Positions 1 through 8,085 of a stretch of DNA of 57,698 nucleotides are shown here, piece by piece. Source of the stretch: Aeromonadales bacterium (lineage in GTDB: Bacteria; Pseudomonadota; Gammaproteobacteria; Enterobacterales; GCA-002770795); NCBI GenBank assembly GCA_011322365.1, contig DRNA01000005.1, forward strand, positions 1 to 57,698. Reading direction: 5' to 3'. Positions within the stretch are counted from its first letter, which is position 1. Each line of letters begins with the position of its first letter. The position numbers and the translations under genes are program-made. The notes beneath the pieces are model-generated. The model saw only the letters and a list, made by a program, of their open reading frames with translations. It did no database searches and was not told where the DNA came from.

Positions 1-315
1 CGAACCAGGGGTGCCAGCGCTAGAAAAATTAATACCAGGAGTGTAATCAATCAAATTTTCGATTGAAGTCAGGCCTATTTGAGTAAAATCTTCAGGATCA
101 AGACTGGTTATGGCTAAACCAACATTCTGTAAACTTTCATCTCGTCGAGATGCGGTTACTACAATGGTATTTTCTTTGGAATATTTATCTTCTTTTTGTG
201 ATTTATCTTTAGTTTCTTCAGCCAGAACCGCCACATTTACTGAGCAGATACCCAATAAAATGGCGGCTGTAACGGGATTAAAGAAAAATTTATCTGGTCT
301 GTTATTTTTATACAT
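1..315 (-). CDS. TonB-dependent outer-membrane receptor, N-terminal fragment (gene runs off the window start)
   Basis: Absent from the ORF track because it is truncated. My reverse-complement translation from ATG 315..313 is open for all 105 codons: MYKNNRPDKFFFNPVTAAILLGICSVNVAVLAEE...ENTIVVTASRRDESLQNVGLAITSLDPEDF...DYTPGINFSSAGTPGS. This is a signal peptide followed by a plug-domain signature (IVVTASRR-ESLQNV). A purine-rich SD (AGAGGGGAAG on the minus strand) lies just upstream. Confidence 0.8.
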   Translation of the reverse strand, partial: MYKNNRPDKFFFNPVTAAILLGICSVNVAVLAEETKDKSQKEDKYSKENTIVVTASRRDESLQNVGLAITSLDPEDFTQIGLTSIENLIDYTPGINFSSAGTPGS

Positions 316-500
316 CGGACTTCCCCTCTTAAACTTTTGCCCTTAAAGAAAACCGCTAATCAACTATTTGACCTTGCGTCAGTTTTCTATATTGTGATAT
401 ATTTCATCTCAAGTCAAGCTCAAACTGATGTTTGCAGAGACAAATATTTTTTCTGTTAATGTTCACAATGAACCAATGCGATAACAACTGGATACGCTTT

Positions 501-2402
501 ATGAAATTTCAATTCAATAGAACAACCTTAATAAGCCTGTGTTTGAGTACACTCTGCATGTTATTAACCACTACGTCATGGGCCCTGAATGCTGATGATC
601 TCGGTAATACAAAAGTGGTTGAAGCTTATGTCGATGGTTTAGTCAAACCTTTAATGATTAAGGAGCATAGTCCATCCGGCGTTTTTGTACTGATGAAAGA
701 TGGTCAGATAATTTTGAGTAAAGGCTACGGCTGGCAGGATGTAGACAAAAGGATCCCGGTCAATGCAACTACAACTTTAATGCGACCAGGCTCTATCTCT
801 AAATTGTTCACCTGGATTGCTGTGATGCAATTAGTAGAAAAAAACAAACTGGATCTGGATGCTGATATCAACAAATACCTTAAAACATTTAAAATTAAAG
901 ATAGCTATCCGGGGCAACCAGTTACATTAAGAAATTGTTTAACCCACACTGCAGGTTTCGAAGAAAGTTTTCTTGGTCATTTGATCCTGAACAAAAATGA
1001 TCAAATTATTTCACTGGCCGCTGCATTAAAAAAATACCAGCCTGAACGTATTTATGCACCCGGCACTCAAGCTGCCTATTCGAATTATGCCACATCTTTA
1101 GCGGGTTTAGTTGTCGCGAATGTTTCTGGTATGAGTTATGAGGATTATATACAAAAAAACATCTTTGAACCTCTTGGAATGAGAAATTCCACATTTAAAG
1201 AACCCCTTCCTGACAATTTAAATCAGCATATGGCAATTGCCTACCAATATGCTAACGGTAGTTATATTGCGGAACCTTTTGAACTTATCACTAACTTTAC
1301 TCCAGCTGGCGCATTAACATCTACAGCAGAAGATATGCTCAAATTTGGGAGTGCACTTTTAAATGGCGGCTCGTTAAATGGTGTGCCAATCATTTCTACT
1401 GAAACACTGATGGAAATGAATAAAATTCAGTTTAATTATGATGACCGTTTAAATGGCCATGGATTAGGCTTTATTCATTATCCCTGGGGTAATACAGATA
1501 CTTTTGGACATGATGGTGCCACCAACGCATTTTTTTCACACCTGGGAGTTACGCCTTCGAAAAACATGGTGATATTTTCGAGTTTTACCGGCCCTGGCGG
1601 CTCAAAAATTAATCGTACATTATCAGAATCTATTTATGCTGAATTTATGCCTATAGCTCCTTTTTTCAATATTCCTCCAAAAGAGTTTAATAGCTATGCC
1701 AGCAAATATTCAGGTTCGTACATTCCAAGCCGTCATAATTTAAGTACTATTGAAAAGGTTTTTAGTTTACTCACACAGCAAAAAATATCCCCAGATGGCA
1801 AGGGTGGTCTGTTAATTGGAGATAACCGATATATTGAAATAGATAAGAACTTATTTCGGGAAGTTTCTACAGGCCAGTTAGCCGCGTTTAAAGAAAATAA
1901 ACAGGGCAAAATTATTGGCTATGCACTTAATGGTTTATCGATGTTTGCTTCCATAAAAATACAATCTTTGTTTTTACTAAAAGCCTTTAATTTTTTCTTT
2001 TTAGTATTATCAATAGTGGTATTTGTGTTTGTTTTTCTACGTTTTCTATATCAAAGACGTCTGATTAAAGATTTACCGACCAAAGAAAAAATAGCATTCC
2101 GAGCCGCATTAATCGCTTCTTTAAGTCATCTATGGGTGGTTTTATTTGGTTTAATCACCATGATGTCTGTAGGCTCTCAACTAGTGGAACATATCCCTAC
2201 GATGTTAAAATTCTGGTTAGTCTTCCCTATCATTGCATCTCTGGCTTCCATCTTTCTTTTATATCAGAATTTAGAGGTTTGGAAAGAAGCTTTATTCTCA
2301 ACGTTCTGGGCTCGTCTACGTTATACTTTTATCACATTTTGTGCGTTATTTATGTCCTGGTTTTATTTTTATTGGAATATCCTGGGTTTCCAGTATAATT
2401 AA
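501..2402 (+). CDS. Serine hydrolase of the beta-lactamase/PBP-like family with a C-terminal polytopic membrane domain
   Basis: The ORF track gives 432..2402 (TTG). ATG 501 gives a better signal peptide (MKFQFNRTTLISLCLSTLCMLLTTTSWA). SxxK (SISK), YxN (YSNY) and HxG (GHDG) motifs are present. The last ~150 aa contain about four hydrophobic helices. Confidence 0.8.
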   Translation: MKFQFNRTTLISLCLSTLCMLLTTTSWALNADDLGNTKVVEAYVDGLVKPLMIKEHSPSGVFVLMKDGQIILSKGYGWQDVDKRIPVNATTTLMRPGSISKLFTWIAVMQLVEKNKLDLDADINKYLKTFKIKDSYPGQPVTLRNCLTHTAGFEESFLGHLILNKNDQIISLAAALKKYQPERIYAPGTQAAYSNYATSLAGLVVANVSGMSYEDYIQKNIFEPLGMRNSTFKEPLPDNLNQHMAIAYQYANGSYIAEPFELITNFTPAGALTSTAEDMLKFGSALLNGGSLNGVPIISTETLMEMNKIQFNYDDRLNGHGLGFIHYPWGNTDTFGHDGATNAFFSHLGVTPSKNMVIFSSFTGPGGSKINRTLSESIYAEFMPIAPFFNIPPKEFNSYASKYSGSYIPSRHNLSTIEKVFSLLTQQKISPDGKGGLLIGDNRYIEIDKNLFREVSTGQLAAFKENKQGKIIGYALNGLSMFASIKIQSLFLLKAFNFFFLVLSIVVFVFVFLRFLYQRRLIKDLPTKEKIAFRAALIASLSHLWVVLFGLITMMSVGSQLVEHIPTMLKFWLVFPIIASLASIFLLYQNLEVWKEALFSTFWARLRYTFITFCALFMSWFYFYWNILGFQYN

Positions 2403-2413
2403 CCTCAACTGGA

Positions 2414-2445
2414 GATAAGAGAGTAGTATCAGGCACTCTCTTATC
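2414..2445 (+). terminator. Candidate intrinsic terminator hairpin after the serine hydrolase gene
   Basis: Perfect 11-bp stem GATAAGAGAGT/ACTCTCTTATC with a 10-nt loop, 12 nt after the stop. The trailing T-run is poor (..GATTTT 10 nt later). Confidence 0.4.
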
Positions 2446-2452
2446 CTACCTT

Positions 2453-2468
2453 AATGATTTTGGGTATA
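2453..2468. repeat. Solo 16-nt copy of the right terminal repeat of the 4717..4982 element
   Basis: AATGATTTTGGGTATA is identical to 4968..4983. Confidence 0.5.
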
Positions 2469-2483
2469 TAAAAATAATAAAAT

Positions 2484-4457
2484 ATGAAAATTGAGGAGGC
2501 AATTGATATTTTGTTAACGTTTAAATATTTCATTCATTCCCGAAAAATTAATAAAATTTTATTGCTACTTTTTCTGGGATTAAGTTTTCCCTGTATTGCA
2601 TCCGCCAACAAACTTACCATTCTCCATACCAACGATTCCCATTCACATCTGCTGGGTTTTGGCCCCAATGCAGACTATTCACCCAACACTCTGAATAATG
2701 ATCAAACCCGTGGTGGCGCCAGCCGTATAGCCAGTTTGATTAAGCAAAGAAAAAAGGCTCTTGGAGATGAGCACGTATTACTGTTAAATGGTGGCGATTA
2801 TTCCATGGGCACATTATTCAGTACGGTGCTCCCGAAAAATGGTCTTGAATTACAATTATTAAATGCACTTCATTACGATGCCATCACCTTTGGTAACCAT
2901 GAGTTTGATTTTCATCCAGATGGTCTGGCAAAAAGTATTAATTCCGCACTGAACCAGGCAAATCACCTACCGCCCATTATCATCAGTAATATGATTTTTG
3001 ATGCCAACGATCCCGATGATGATGCACTGGAAAAATTATGGCAGCAAAAAATTATACGCCCCTACATTGTTTTAAATCGCAGTGGTCTGAAAATTGGTAT
3101 TTTTGGTTTGATGGGCGAAAAAGCGGCGGACGTTTCTCCCAATGCCGCACCGGTGACTTTTGAAAAACCGGTTATTGCAGCTAAAAGAATGGTGGCCCTG
3201 CTCAGGGATAAAGAAAAAGTCGATCTGGTGATTGCCCTGTCTCATGGTGGAGTGATTAAAGATCCCTCAAGAAAAATTGGTTGGCATGGTGACGATATCG
3301 ATTTGATTGAACAGGTGCCGGGTCTTGATATCGTCGTTGGCGGCCATTCTCACACACCTCTTGAACAACCCATTATTGCCGACAACCGTATGACCGTTCA
3401 GGCAGGATCTAAATATCAATTCCTTGGTGAATTAACCGTGGGGGTCAGCGCTAAAAGCGTCCAACTTAAATCCTACCAGTTACACAAAATCGATGATAGT
3501 ATCCGGGGCGATGAAAATATAGATAGATTAATTACTGATTTTAAAGCCCGAGTCACCGAACAATTTTTACAACACCATCATTTTAGTTTTGATGAAATAC
3601 TGGCGGAGACGGACAAAGATCTAACCAAAGCTTATGACGATGATGTGCTGAGTAACCTGGTTGCCGAATCATTGTTAGCAATCACCCACTCTGATATTGC
3701 ACTATCAACCAACGGTGTTATCCGAGATCCTGTTATTAAGGGAAAACGGGGTTATCAATCCGTCGCTGATCTGTTTCGTGTGGTTCCTCTTGGTACTGGG
3801 GTGATCAATAATTCCCCCGGAAATGACGTGTTAAAAGTTTGGGTAACGGGTCGAGAAATTAAAAACCTCATGGAAGTGTTGCTATTGGGATACCAGATGC
3901 GAGGACAATCGTTTTTTCCCCGCCTGGCAGGATTTAAAGTAATTTATAATGGTAAACGTATCCCTTTCGATCAGGTGATGCAGATCCAGCTGGGTAACAG
4001 CAAAACTGGCTATCACAATATCGAAATATCTTCTGGCAACAAAAAACTTTACAGCCTGACCATCAACAGTTTTGTTGGTGCATTAACCGGATTAATTCAT
4101 AAACTCAGTCATGGATTACTGGATTTCAATCCTAAAGATAAGCAGGGAAATCAAATAACCGATTTAAAAAAAGTGGTTTTTGATGGTGATCCCGACCAGG
4201 CTGGGATCCAGCCAGTTAAGGAATGGCAACGATTTCTCAAAACCGTGGCTTCCCTGCCAGATAGCAACCAAAACGGTATAGCAGATTTACCCCGGAAAGC
4301 AGAAAAAAGATTGCTACGACAGGATAGTTATAATCCCGTCAAACTTTTTCAAAATGCCAGCTGGATAATGTATGTTACTGGTTTAATTGTGTTGTTTATT
4401 TTAAGCATTACCCTGCTGCTACTGAAAAAAATAGCAGGTAAATTCACTAACAGATAA
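2484..4457 (+). CDS. Bifunctional metallophosphatase / 5'-nucleotidase family protein (UshA-like) with a C-terminal membrane anchor
   Basis: Calcineurin-like phosphoesterase motifs in order: HTNDSHSH, GGDYSMG, GNHEFD, SHGG, GGHSH. N-terminal signal-like segment and a terminal hydrophobic helix (IMYVTGLIVLFILSITLLLL). The start could instead be TTG 2511, behind GAGGAGG. Confidence 0.8.
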   Translation: MKIEEAIDILLTFKYFIHSRKINKILLLLFLGLSFPCIASANKLTILHTNDSHSHLLGFGPNADYSPNTLNNDQTRGGASRIASLIKQRKKALGDEHVLLLNGGDYSMGTLFSTVLPKNGLELQLLNALHYDAITFGNHEFDFHPDGLAKSINSALNQANHLPPIIISNMIFDANDPDDDALEKLWQQKIIRPYIVLNRSGLKIGIFGLMGEKAADVSPNAAPVTFEKPVIAAKRMVALLRDKEKVDLVIALSHGGVIKDPSRKIGWHGDDIDLIEQVPGLDIVVGGHSHTPLEQPIIADNRMTVQAGSKYQFLGELTVGVSAKSVQLKSYQLHKIDDSIRGDENIDRLITDFKARVTEQFLQHHHFSFDEILAETDKDLTKAYDDDVLSNLVAESLLAITHSDIALSTNGVIRDPVIKGKRGYQSVADLFRVVPLGTGVINNSPGNDVLKVWVTGREIKNLMEVLLLGYQMRGQSFFPRLAGFKVIYNGKRIPFDQVMQIQLGNSKTGYHNIEISSGNKKLYSLTINSFVGALTGLIHKLSHGLLDFNPKDKQGNQITDLKKVVFDGDPDQAGIQPVKEWQRFLKTVASLPDSNQNGIADLPRKAEKRLLRQDSYNPVKLFQNASWIMYVTGLIVLFILSITLLLLKKIAGKFTNR

Positions 4458-4474
4458 ATAATGTACAGGAAATT

Positions 4475-5304
4475 GTGATGTCTTTTAATGCTTCTCAAAA
4501 AATAGATATACTCACCTTTTTAAAACAAAAACATGCTCTGCCGGTGTTAGTGTTTTTAACCCTGATCAATATCATTGCTCTTCAGATATTAAATACACCA
4601 CTGAAAACCGCAGCGGCACCTGCTGGTATTGTCTCATTTGAACTGGCCGGCCAACTCCAACAATCTCTCATTATCCTGGATTCATGGCAGGGAAAAATAG
4701 CCACTATTGCGGCTCCATACCCATAATCATTTAAGATGCAGGATTTCAGCAAGAGGAGAAGCGTACAGATTCAAGGCATAAAAGTGAAGTGTTAGCCATT
4801 CTAACTTGAACTTTTATAACGCGGAAGATGTGCGCTTATCCTCTTGCCCTATGGGAGCTCAAGCAGGAAGCCAGTGCTGCGTTGCAACTTTCACTAAGGG
4901 AATAACCATTAGCTTCAAGTTACGCCTTGCTCTGACATCCTGCTTGAACTCTGAAACCTGCATCTTGAATGATTTTGGGTATAATTCTTGGTGTTGATTA
5001 CCTCTTCATCATACTCTATGCCAGTACTATCAGCCTGAGTTGCCTCTTACTCGCAAGAAAAATATCCATGGTATTTCCCCATGCAGCCAATCTGGGGATA
5101 TTCATAGCAAAAATACAAATTATCGCTGCCCTGTGCGATGCCACAGAAAATTTCGCTTTAATTCAATTATTACTCGGCTCTGATCATCCTCACTGGCCAG
5201 TAATTGCCCTATGGATGGCGCTCATTAAATTTTCCCTTATCGGTATCGGCATCCTCTACATTATTATTACTTCCCTTACTCTGCTAATCACCTCTTCTAA
5301 ATAA
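4475..5304 (+). pseudogene. Small polytopic membrane protein gene interrupted by a 266-bp inverted-repeat element
   Basis: ORFs 4475..4726 and 4969..5304 are both hydrophobic and lie in different frames. Deleting exactly 4717..4982 joins them in frame (..SWQGKIATIAAP-ILGVDYLFIILY..) into a ~187-aa membrane protein. Family not identified. Confidence 0.55.
4717..4982. mobile_element. MITE-like non-autonomous element with ~33-bp imperfect terminal inverted repeats and no coding capacity
   Basis: Left end is ATACCCATAATCATTTAAGATGCAGGATTTCAG. The reverse complement of the right end is ATACCCAAAATCATTCAAGATGCAGGTTTCAG. Two internal 14-bp stems are present: CAAGAGGAGAAGCG/CGCTTATCCTCTTG and GAGCTCAAGCAGGA/TCCTGCTTGAACTC. 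It interrupts an ORF. Confidence 0.6.
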
Positions 5305-5350
5305 ATTCATATTGAATAAATAAGCTGAATAAATAAGCCATGCATGGCAT

Positions 5351-5367
5351 TGCACTATAATGGCGCA
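5351..5367 (+). promoter_or_regulatory. Candidate NtrC (NRI) binding site
   Basis: TGCACTATAATGGCGCA versus the remembered enterobacterial consensus TGCACC-N4-TGGTGCA (two mismatches). It lies ~105-120 bp upstream of the -24 element at 5473. Confidence 0.55.
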
Positions 5368-5393
5368 TATAAAGCGCTATGGCGATGATTTTA

Positions 5394-5410
5394 CGCTGCA
5401 TTATGGTGCG
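5394..5410 (+). promoter_or_regulatory. Weaker second NtrC-like site (good right half-site only)
   Basis: CGCTGCATTATGGTGCG. The right half TGGTGC matches; the left half is degenerate. Confidence 0.3.
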
Positions 5411-5471
5411 TTAATATACTTAAAATACAAACTTTTCATGTATCTCATTGATATATAAAATATTTTTATGT

Positions 5472-5487
5472 TGGCATTGATATTGCT
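5472..5487 (+). promoter_or_regulatory. Sigma-54 (-24/-12) promoter of the porin-glnK-amtB operon
   Basis: TGGCATTGATATTGCT has GG and GC at the canonical 10-nt spacing (TGGCAY-N5-TTGCW). It lies 94 nt upstream of ATG 5581. Confidence 0.7.
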
Positions 5488-5580
5488 AATTTGTTAGTAG
5501 CGAGCAACAAAATAAAAACCATTAATCAAGTATGCTGCCGCTAATGCTCAACAATAAAAAACTACAACTTAGGAGGATAA

Positions 5581-6306
5581 ATGTCTTTACTCATTAAAAA
5601 AATATACTGCTACCGCAGTTTGCCACTGGTTCTACTACTAATACTCGGTGAAATAGTGCCATTGGCTTATGCTGAAAATAATGCCACTAGCATCAGTGCA
5701 AATGTCACCCTGGCATCGGATTATGTCTGGCGGGGTTACTCTCAAACAGACGGAGATCCAGCTATTTCAGGTGGTTTTGATTATACAGACACTTCAGGAT
5801 TTTATGCCGGGATCTGGGGTTCAAATGTTGGGTTTGCAGCGGATACTGATCTGGAACTGGATGTTTATGCCGGGTTTTCAATGGCTCAGGATAATGGTGT
5901 GACATGGGATATTGGAATTCTCAGATACAATTATCCCGGTACATCTATAAGCGGTGATATTGACTGGAACGAATATCACATATCAGCTTCATACGGCATC
6001 GCTTCAGCTTCCATTAATTATACAAACAATGTTTATGGTACTGACACAACCGCCATTTACTACACCATTGCCCTCGAATATAACTTGCCTCATGAGTGGA
6101 CTCTCACCACAGGCATAAATTTATATGACTACGATGCCTCTCTGGTAACAGGAAGTGTAATTGATTATCACCTCGGCATCGCTAAAGAATTTGCAGGACT
6201 TGGTGTTGATATCAGTTATTACGATACCAACAGCACAGCTGCTAATTTTTATGGTACCAATATAGCTGATGGACGAGTAGTTTTGTCCCTGTCAAAAGAA
6301 TTTTAG
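5581..6306 (+). CDS. Gcw_chp/TorF-type putative outer-membrane porin
   Basis: Signal peptide ending LAYA-EN. The motif NVTLASDYVWRGYSQTDGDPAISGGFDY..GFYAGIWGSNV..LELDVYAGF matches my memory of this family. Alternating beta-strand pattern and C-terminal F. Confidence 0.75.
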   Translation: MSLLIKKIYCYRSLPLVLLLILGEIVPLAYAENNATSISANVTLASDYVWRGYSQTDGDPAISGGFDYTDTSGFYAGIWGSNVGFAADTDLELDVYAGFSMAQDNGVTWDIGILRYNYPGTSISGDIDWNEYHISASYGIASASINYTNNVYGTDTTAIYYTIALEYNLPHEWTLTTGINLYDYDASLVTGSVIDYHLGIAKEFAGLGVDISYYDTNSTAANFYGTNIADGRVVLSLSKEF

Positions 6307-6339
6307 TTCCACAACATTTATTGTTAAAGAGGATCAGTT

Positions 6340-6678
6340 ATGAAACAACTTATTGCAATTATTAAACCGTCAAAGCTTGATGATGTGCGTGAATCTCTGT
6401 CAGATATCGGTATAACCGGCATGACCGTTACCGAAGTAAAAGGCTTCGGTCGACAAAAGGGACACACCGAAATGTACCGAGGCGCAGAATACTCAGTGGA
6501 TTTTTTACCAAAAATAAAACTGGAAATTGCTTTACAGGAAAGCCTGGTCGAACAGGTTATTGAATCCATTATCGCAAAAGCAAATACCGGAAAAATAGGT
6601 GACGGTAAAATTTTTGTCTTTTCCCTCGATCAAGTCGTCAGAATTCGCACCGGCGAAACTGACATTGATGCACTTTAA
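6340..6678 (+). CDS. glnK: Nitrogen regulatory protein P-II
   Basis: 112 aa: [48 protein letters not shown] (T-loop with Tyr51). It sits immediately upstream of amtB. Confidence 0.95.
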   Translation: MKQLIAIIKPSKLDDVRESLSDIGITGMTVTEVKGFGRQKGHTEMYRGAEYSVDFLPKIKLEIALQESLVEQVIESIIAKANTGKIGDGKIFVFSLDQVVRIRTGETDIDAL

Positions 6679-6695
6679 TTAACAGGAGAAAAATA

Positions 6696-7988
6696 ATGGA
6701 GAATCAGATATTCCAACTCCAATACGCATTAGATACTTTTTATTTTCTGGTGATGGGCGCTTTAGTAATGTGGATGGCGGCCGGTTTTTCAATGCTCGAA
6801 GCCGGATTAGTCAGGACTAAAAACACCACAGAAATTCTCACCAAAAATATTGCCCTGTATGCTATCGCCTGTACCGCATACCTGATAGTGGGTTATGACA
6901 TCATGTATGACCAGGGTATGTTACTTTCTAACATTGCATTAGATGGTGCTGACAGTGCTAAAAATTTAGTTGACAGTGTACTGGCGGAATCCCAGAAAGC
7001 TTCGTTCAGCGGTGACGCTGTCTATGCAAATGCAGCCGATTTTTTCTTTCAGGTAGTTTTTGTAGCCACGGCCATGTCCATTGTTTCAGGTGCCGTTGCA
7101 GAAAGAATGAAACTCTGGGCCTTCCTGCTGTTTGCGGTAGTAATGACAGCGTATATCTATCCTCTTGAAGGGTCCTGGACCTGGGGAAGTCAGAGTGTGT
7201 TCGGGCTATTTAGCCTGGGGGATAAAGGAGCGGGGTTTGTGGATTTCGCCGGTTCTGGCATTGTTCATCTGGCAGGTGCCTCGGCAGCCCTAGCAGGCGT
7301 ACTTTTATTAGGTGCCAGGAAAGGAAAATATGATAAAAATGGTCAGGTGCATCCCATACCTGGTGCCAATATGCCCATGGCGACTCTGGGGACTTTTATA
7401 CTCTGGTTAGGCTGGTTTGGTTTTAATGGCGGCTCCGTGTTAAAACTGGGGGATATTGCCAGTGCAAATTCAGTGGCCATGGTTTTTCTCAATACTAATG
7501 CCGCTGCCGCTGGTGGATTAATTTCTGCATTAATTGTAGCCAAAATATTATTTGGAAAAGTCGATCTTTCAATGATATTAAATGGTGCGCTTGCCGGGCT
7601 CGTCGCCATAACTGCAAGTCCTGATACCCCTACCCCAATAGTAGCGACTTTAATTGGTTTTGTGGGTGGCATACTGGTAATATTTTCTATTATATTTTTT
7701 GATAAAATAAAAATTGATGATCCGGTTGGTGCTATCTCTGTACATGGTGTAGTCGGTTTATGGGGATTGCTTGCGGTGCCCATTACAAAAACAGATGCAA
7801 CTTTGAAAGGCCAGATCATCGGTGCTGCAACTATATTTTTCTGGGTATTTATCAGCAGTTTTATCGTCTGGTATATTATCAAAAAAATCATGGGGATCAG
7901 AGTATCAGAAGAAGAAGAATTTGCTGGAGTGGATATCAGTGAATGTGGCGTTGAAGCCTATCCAGAGTTCACCAAAAGTAGTGTTTAA
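6696..7988 (+). CDS. amtB: Ammonium transporter
   Basis: 430 aa and polytopic. Amt signatures are present (FAGSGIVHLAGA, GTFILWLGWFGFNGGS, ISVHGVVGLWG). Canonical glnK-amtB pairing with an 18-nt gap. Confidence 0.95.
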   Translation: MENQIFQLQYALDTFYFLVMGALVMWMAAGFSMLEAGLVRTKNTTEILTKNIALYAIACTAYLIVGYDIMYDQGMLLSNIALDGADSAKNLVDSVLAESQKASFSGDAVYANAADFFFQVVFVATAMSIVSGAVAERMKLWAFLLFAVVMTAYIYPLEGSWTWGSQSVFGLFSLGDKGAGFVDFAGSGIVHLAGASAALAGVLLLGARKGKYDKNGQVHPIPGANMPMATLGTFILWLGWFGFNGGSVLKLGDIASANSVAMVFLNTNAAAAGGLISALIVAKILFGKVDLSMILNGALAGLVAITASPDTPTPIVATLIGFVGGILVIFSIIFFDKIKIDDPVGAISVHGVVGLWGLLAVPITKTDATLKGQIIGAATIFFWVFISSFIVWYIIKKIMGIRVSEEEEFAGVDISECGVEAYPEFTKSSV

Positions 7989-8021
7989 TTGGTAAACAAT
8001 TAATATTTTTAGTAATTAAAT

Positions 8022-8054
8022 CTGCCTGCATGAAAAGGAAGTTTATGCAGGCAG
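8022..8054. terminator. Hairpin between the convergent amtB and gltD genes (possible bidirectional terminator)
   Basis: Perfect 10-bp stem CTGCCTGCAT/ATGCAGGCAG with a 13-nt loop. AT-rich flanks, with an A9 run on the plus strand at 8066..8074. Confidence 0.5.
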
Positions 8055-8085
8055 GTAGGAAATGTAAAAAAAAATTATTCCCATA

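Noticed and set aside
110-346. 78-aa plus-strand ORF at the window start
   Set aside because: It lies antisense to a much better supported TonB-dependent receptor N-terminus (1..315, minus). It has no recognisable motifs.
4718-4981. TA target-site duplication, which would make the element an IS630/Tc1-type MITE
   Set aside because: TA is present at both ends, but it is palindromic and indistinguishable from an extension of the inverted repeat. Removing the element plus one TA (262 nt) leaves a stop codon instead of restoring the ORF.
4806-4997. 63-aa ORF inside the inverted-repeat element
   Set aside because: It has a TTG start, spans the structured core and terminal repeat, and shows no protein-like features. 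The element is more likely non-coding.
5314-5338. Tandem GAATAAATAAGC x2 after the disrupted membrane-protein gene
   Set aside because: Only two copies in AT-rich DNA. Not CRISPR-like and with no obvious function.
7343-7891. 182-aa minus-strand ORF inside amtB. Similar long antisense ORFs occur at 13627..13983, 14188..14601, 16617..17003, 38556..39050, 42372..42701 and 55532..55897.
   Set aside because: These are shadow ORFs opposite strongly supported genes. They have low-complexity or odd composition and no start context.
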